DNA of 39,863 nucleotides from Octopus bimaculoides (lineage: Eukaryota): NCBI RefSeq assembly GCF_001194135.2, contig NC_068986.1, positions 64,402,864-64,442,726 on the forward strand, read 5' to 3'. This document shows, in pieces, positions 35,300 to 39,863 of the stretch. The notes below the pieces were generated by a model. The model was not told where the DNA came from. It was given only the letters and a program-made list of their open reading frames with translations, and searched no databases. Numbering within the stretch: the stretch's first letter is position 1; each line of letters opens with the position of its first letter. Position numbers and translations under genes: made by a program.

Positions 35300-38110
35300 T
35301 GGCATTGAAAACAGACATATTGGTATTGAGGGCTGTTCATTCTCCCAGATAATAAACATTATCTCCTATAATTTTTACCATTCATACAAGCGTAGTACAA
35401 GAAACACCCTTTTTTAAAAAAAAGATCATAGCAGTAATCAAACAGTGAAATACATACCATGTGGAAAATTACTATACATACACCATGGCAACAAAAGAAC
35501 CCAGAATCAGCTATTGCGGATCGTGGAATTATCAAGAAAAATTCCAGAGGACTTTTGAGCTATACTATTTCTACAGAAAGACTGGGGAAGATTCTTCAAT
35601 AGGCTTAAAGAACATTGGGATAAAAAATACCCAACATTCTTAAATTTTTCAGAGAAACAATTACACCAGTAAGCTAAATTTGTTGAAAAGAGATAAACCA
35701 CCCTACCAAATAAAGTCACTCAGTCAAAATGTGCAAATGATAATTCTTATATTAACATCACAGTAAATTTCTTCCCTGAAGAGACAGTGAATGATAAGAA
35801 ACACAACCACAATGAACACAACAATAACAAACATAACAAACAAAAATAACAATAACAAACATAACACAGACATGTAGCAAACATTTATGATCTCACAAAA
35901 ATAAGTGAGGAATATAAAATATTAAAATTATGGCTTGCATCAAGGTTCAAACAGAACTTCACTACTTATATACATAAGGTACTGCATGAAAGAATGATAC
36001 CGACATGAGTTGGGGAAAAAAACCTACTGACTTGATGTTATCTGCAATCAGCAAAATTGTGAGAGAAAAAACAGCTCAAATTCAAAGCCCCAGCTTTTGG
36101 ACAATAAATACCCTACTATATTATGCCACAATAACTGTGCACCAACAGGTGGGAGCAAAGAAAACCGATCTAAAGGATAATACTAAACCAAAACGAATTA
36201 CCTCCCTCTAAAATAACATCAATAGAGTCAAGAAAAAGATTGGACAGTTGGACGCTATCATCAACTGTAAAGCTAAAACTGAATTCATGAATCACCAGCT
36301 ATGACTGCATGATACATTCTCCAAATTGTATGGGAATTGCCACCTAGAAATACTCACAAGTAAACTGATCGCCCCAAAAAACAATCTACACACGATAAGA
36401 GAAAAACTTTGTTACTGTAAAAAATTGCATGAAAGAAAAATGATAAACCGCAAGTTTGTCTAAAATCCACAAGCTATATATTGCAGTATGAAAGGCAATA
36501 CCATCATGATAGTAAATGCTCCTCTCCAGGAAAACCTGGAGTTGTTCTGGCAGGGAATCTGGAATGTAAACAAAGATCATAATTATAATGCAACATGGTT
36601 AAACAAACTATAAAATGAGTATTGTGTAAATACCTCTCCTAAAACACTCCAATTGGAAAATCACCTGCAAGAGACCTAATAGTAGACTGAAAAAAGTTCA
36701 TGTTCTACAGGGAAATTTTCACAACCATATTTTAAAAAACAATGGACACTGAGCTGGATATACTAGATTGGCTGATGGTTGCCCAAGAACAAAGAGATCC
36801 ATGTGTCCAAAAACTACAGCTATCTGCATTTAAGAAGAACATATCTCACAATGCTTTTTCAGTGCCAGTGCTAGTACCAACTCTTGGGATATTGGACTGG
36901 CCACTTGATGAGATCCACAGCCTGAACATCAAAACTAGAAAGGTACTGACCACCACTGGTAACTTCCACATTAACAATAATACCAATAGGATCTATATGA
37001 GACAAGGTGATGGCAGTAGAGGCATATGATCAGTTCAAACAGCCTTTGAATGTCATATTGTATAAATCAGACAACACCTGCTGAACAATAAAGAAAGAAA
37101 TGAGTACATTTCATGCATATTCAAAAGTGAGAGCAACAGCATCTTCAGAGATGGAGAAGAACTGCTGTGCAGATACTCTGAGAATCCAACTGTCTCATGC
37201 AACTCAAAGGAGGCTGGACTGGCTTACCTAAACAGAAACTTGGAGGAGAAGCAGGCAAAAAGCAATGCATGGGTTCATATATCATGAGATAGAGGATAAC
37301 AACAGCATTGACAGGAAGAGTAGCCTCTTCTGGACCCATGATAGATACATTACATCCCACCAAGAAAGATATGTCTTCCCTATTCAGAAACAGGAGATAG
37401 CTACTAAATATCTGATGGACAAGAGAGACAAAGATATCACTCACATCGTCAGTAGCTGCTCCAAAAAGTGTATGAGATACTACCTGCTCCTGAAGCTTGA
37501 TGTGGTTGCATGTACTATTTACAGTACTATCCACAGGAAGGATTACCCTGACATTTACATCAAAGGCATGTCAGAACTATCATGTATTCACACCTTTAAA
37601 AAACAATGAATATTGGTGGAACACTCCAATAAAAATAGCCTGATATTGTCTGTGGGGCAAGAAACAAAAGTCATGCTGCCCAGTGGATGTAAATGTACCA
37701 ATAAAATGAGAACATTTATGGTGAATTAATGTGGAACTTATAGGTCTTGTACTCTGACTACAAATTCTCATTTGTACCTATCATCACAGGTACATTAGGA
37801 TATGTACCTACAAATCTACACAAAACCCTAAAAATACTTGGTTTTGTGAAAAAAGAACTTAAGAAACTGGCACGGATTCTCCAAATCCAATCTATTTGTG
37901 GCACATGGAAGATCTGTAAGACATTCCAAAGATTTTCCATCTGAGATTCTTTAGGTAAATAGATGCACACACGAAAGCATGTGCAACTCAACCACATATC
38001 TAGAAGCATCAAAAACTCTCTTGACTCAAAAAGTCTTGTTGCATTATTAGCAACCAGCTTGAATTCTCTTAAGAAGAACTTGAATAATACTTGGAGGAAA
38101 ATACATGCAT
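35300..38110 (+). mobile_element. R4/Dong-clade non-LTR retrotransposon (REL type), degenerate, RT core deleted
   Basis: N-terminal RLKEHW..FSEKQL; HNAFSVPVLVPTLGILDW...IKTRKVLTTTGNFHIN...GSRGI; FPIQKQEIATKYL; HIVSSC; YKFSFVPIITGTLGYVP...KICKTFQRF; ends in tacatgcataca. Termini approximate. Confidence 0.85.
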
Positions 38111-38444
38111 ACATAGAACGAAATTAGATGAGAAGGTTAATTAAGATGTAAAGAAAGAAAGGACATAGAGGTACCTCTGGGCAGTGTAAAGAATGAAATT
38201 CTGGAGAAGGAGAGAAAAAAGGAATGAGATGTGAAGATGGTGGGGAGTAGGAACCTTACATAGGAATGAATGAATACACACACACATGCACATTCTCTGA
38301 TACACACACATGCATTTGAGTAATGATAATGTTTCAACCTCTAATGACTGAGAATAAAATTTTACATAATTCACAAAACTTTTTCTGTCATTTATATATA
38401 CAAATACATATGCATATTCCATGTATTTGTACTTCTTTTTCTAG

Positions 38445-38510
38445 ATTAATCCAACTTTCATGATGGAACCTGTTACAAGAAGAAAACGTACTTTGGCTAC
38501 ATCATCTTCA
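38445..38510 (+). other. Candidate 66-nt symmetric exon
   Basis: Acceptor tttgtacttctttttctAG, donor TCA|GTAAGT; 22 open codons INPTFMMEPVTRRKRTLATSSS. Confidence 0.4.
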
Positions 38511-38714
38511 GTAAGTTGTACTATCTTTTTGTTATTTCATTTAACACTCTAAGTTTTAAACAGTCCTTGATACTAAACTTTGGTTAGAGGCTGTAAACAA
38601 CAGAGTGCACCTCCTCCACTCCTATTACATGAAACCCATAGCTTCTAAATATGTTGTTCACAAAGAACTCAGCTTTGTCACACAACATGAAAATTAACAT
38701 ACTGACAGCAGACT

Positions 38715-39450
38715 TAGTTACGATAATGAACAATGTGTCCCCACTATGCTAACCTTATGAAATAAAAAAAGAAACATACAGAATTTCATGCACCACATGC
38801 AATTCTCTGGGTATGATCAAAAAGATAGGGTTTGAGTATACAGGGTGCTAGAAAGAAGTTAGATAACATTATATGTAATGAAACCAGTGGTGCCTGCCCT
38901 GTGACAAAGCAAGCAGGGTGAACAGATGGTACAAAACCAACAAATATTAAGGTGTAATGTTTTCAGAGGCCACAGCCCATGGAGAACCAGCCTGTAGATT
39001 TAGGAAAGCTCTGAAGGAGACCAAACTCAACATTAAGATCGTTGAAAAACCAGGGAATTCCATCAGATCACAACTATGTAGGATGTACCCATTTGAGAAT
39101 ACCATATGCACCAATGATAACTGCATGGTATGTAGGATCAACCCTGGCATTAACTGTAGAACCAGAAATGTAGTCTGCAGCATAAGGTGCATAGAAGGTG
39201 CTTGTAAAGACATGAACATGACATACATAGGAGACACATCTAGGAGCATTACGGAAACACTAAATGAACATTTGAGACAATATGACGACAAAAAACAGTC
39301 CTCCATACCAAGGACCAGCATGGAGGCAACCTGGGTCAACTTGACATCCACATTTTATCCAAGCACCCAAAAGACTCAACACTCAGACAAATACAGGAGT
39401 ACGTCCTCATAAATGAAACATCCCCAGTACTAAATAGGAAATATATGTAG
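38715..39450 (+). mobile_element. Penelope-like element 3' part: RT C-terminal relic and GIY-YIG endonuclease
   Basis: LRIMNNVSPLC...HMQFSGY, then CRTRNVVCSIRC...YIGDTSRSI...LNEH (ORF 38957..39412) and, in a shifted frame, DSTLRQIQEYVLINETSPVLNRK. Confidence 0.85.
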
Positions 39451-39589
39451 TAGGTAATCATACCCCCATACCCACAGTTTATATTTATATACAAGTAGAA
39501 TAGTTAGTGGGCTGTTATGTAGATGTATGTATGTGTGTGTGTGTATATATATGTATACGTATATGTATGTATATGTGGTGTTATGGGCT

Positions 39590-39863
39590 GTGACGAGCTA
39601 TGTGTGGTGGTGGAGAGGGGTGAGACAAACAGAGGTGAAGCCAGACCGGAAGGGTCAGATCGGAAGTCGGCGACACGCGGTCGGAGGCTAGCACATGGGG
39701 CCAGCGAGAAAACAGCGACGTTACGAGAAAGACGTGTTCTGATTAGGAGCGATCGTGTACCCAGCTGTGGTCGGCAAGGTAAGGTCCAACGCTTCATTCT
39801 GTCCTTTCGCTTCTTGTTGTCTTCTTCCTCCATCGCACCACAAGCTATTTCGGCCCATAAGAA
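39590..39863. other. GC-rich non-coding segment of unknown family, ending in a possible minus-strand hammerhead half cut by the window edge
   Basis: CpG-rich relative to the flanks; the minus strand at 39856-39841 reads GGGCC GAAA TAGCTTG. Confidence 0.25.

Noticed and set aside
38486-38511. Minus-strand CTGAAGA...CCAAAGTACGT as a hammerhead relic
   Set aside because: GAAA absent; better explained as part of the candidate exon.

Overview
AT-rich, microsatellite-dense eukaryotic DNA with seven N-gaps. The repeat content (tRNA-headed SINEs with internal (TG)n, RTE, R4/Dong and Penelope retroelements) resembles octopus/coleoid cephalopod genomes; this is recognition from memory, not a database result. 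No intact protein-coding ORF is present, and most ORF-track entries are microsatellite translations or transposon relics. Supported content: three RTE LINE copies (one ending in three C2H2 fingers, one with a 5' inversion of twin-priming geometry), two Helitrons (one Rep/helicase relic, one apparently complete and non-autonomous), an R4/Dong element lacking its RT core, Penelope-like (GIY-YIG) fragments and about 20 SINE copies. The most striking unannotated signal is a set of six type I hammerhead ribozyme folds on the + strand (6266, 7590, 9153, 17661, 18543, 19010), plus one relic. Most have a palindromic, loop-less stem III and three have an extended stem II. Also noted: a candidate divergent promoter with an ATG-terminated first exon at about 12.55-12.65 kb, two candidate + strand exons, a 110-bp inverted repeat, a decayed three-copy local duplication and a Forkhead-motif minisatellite.
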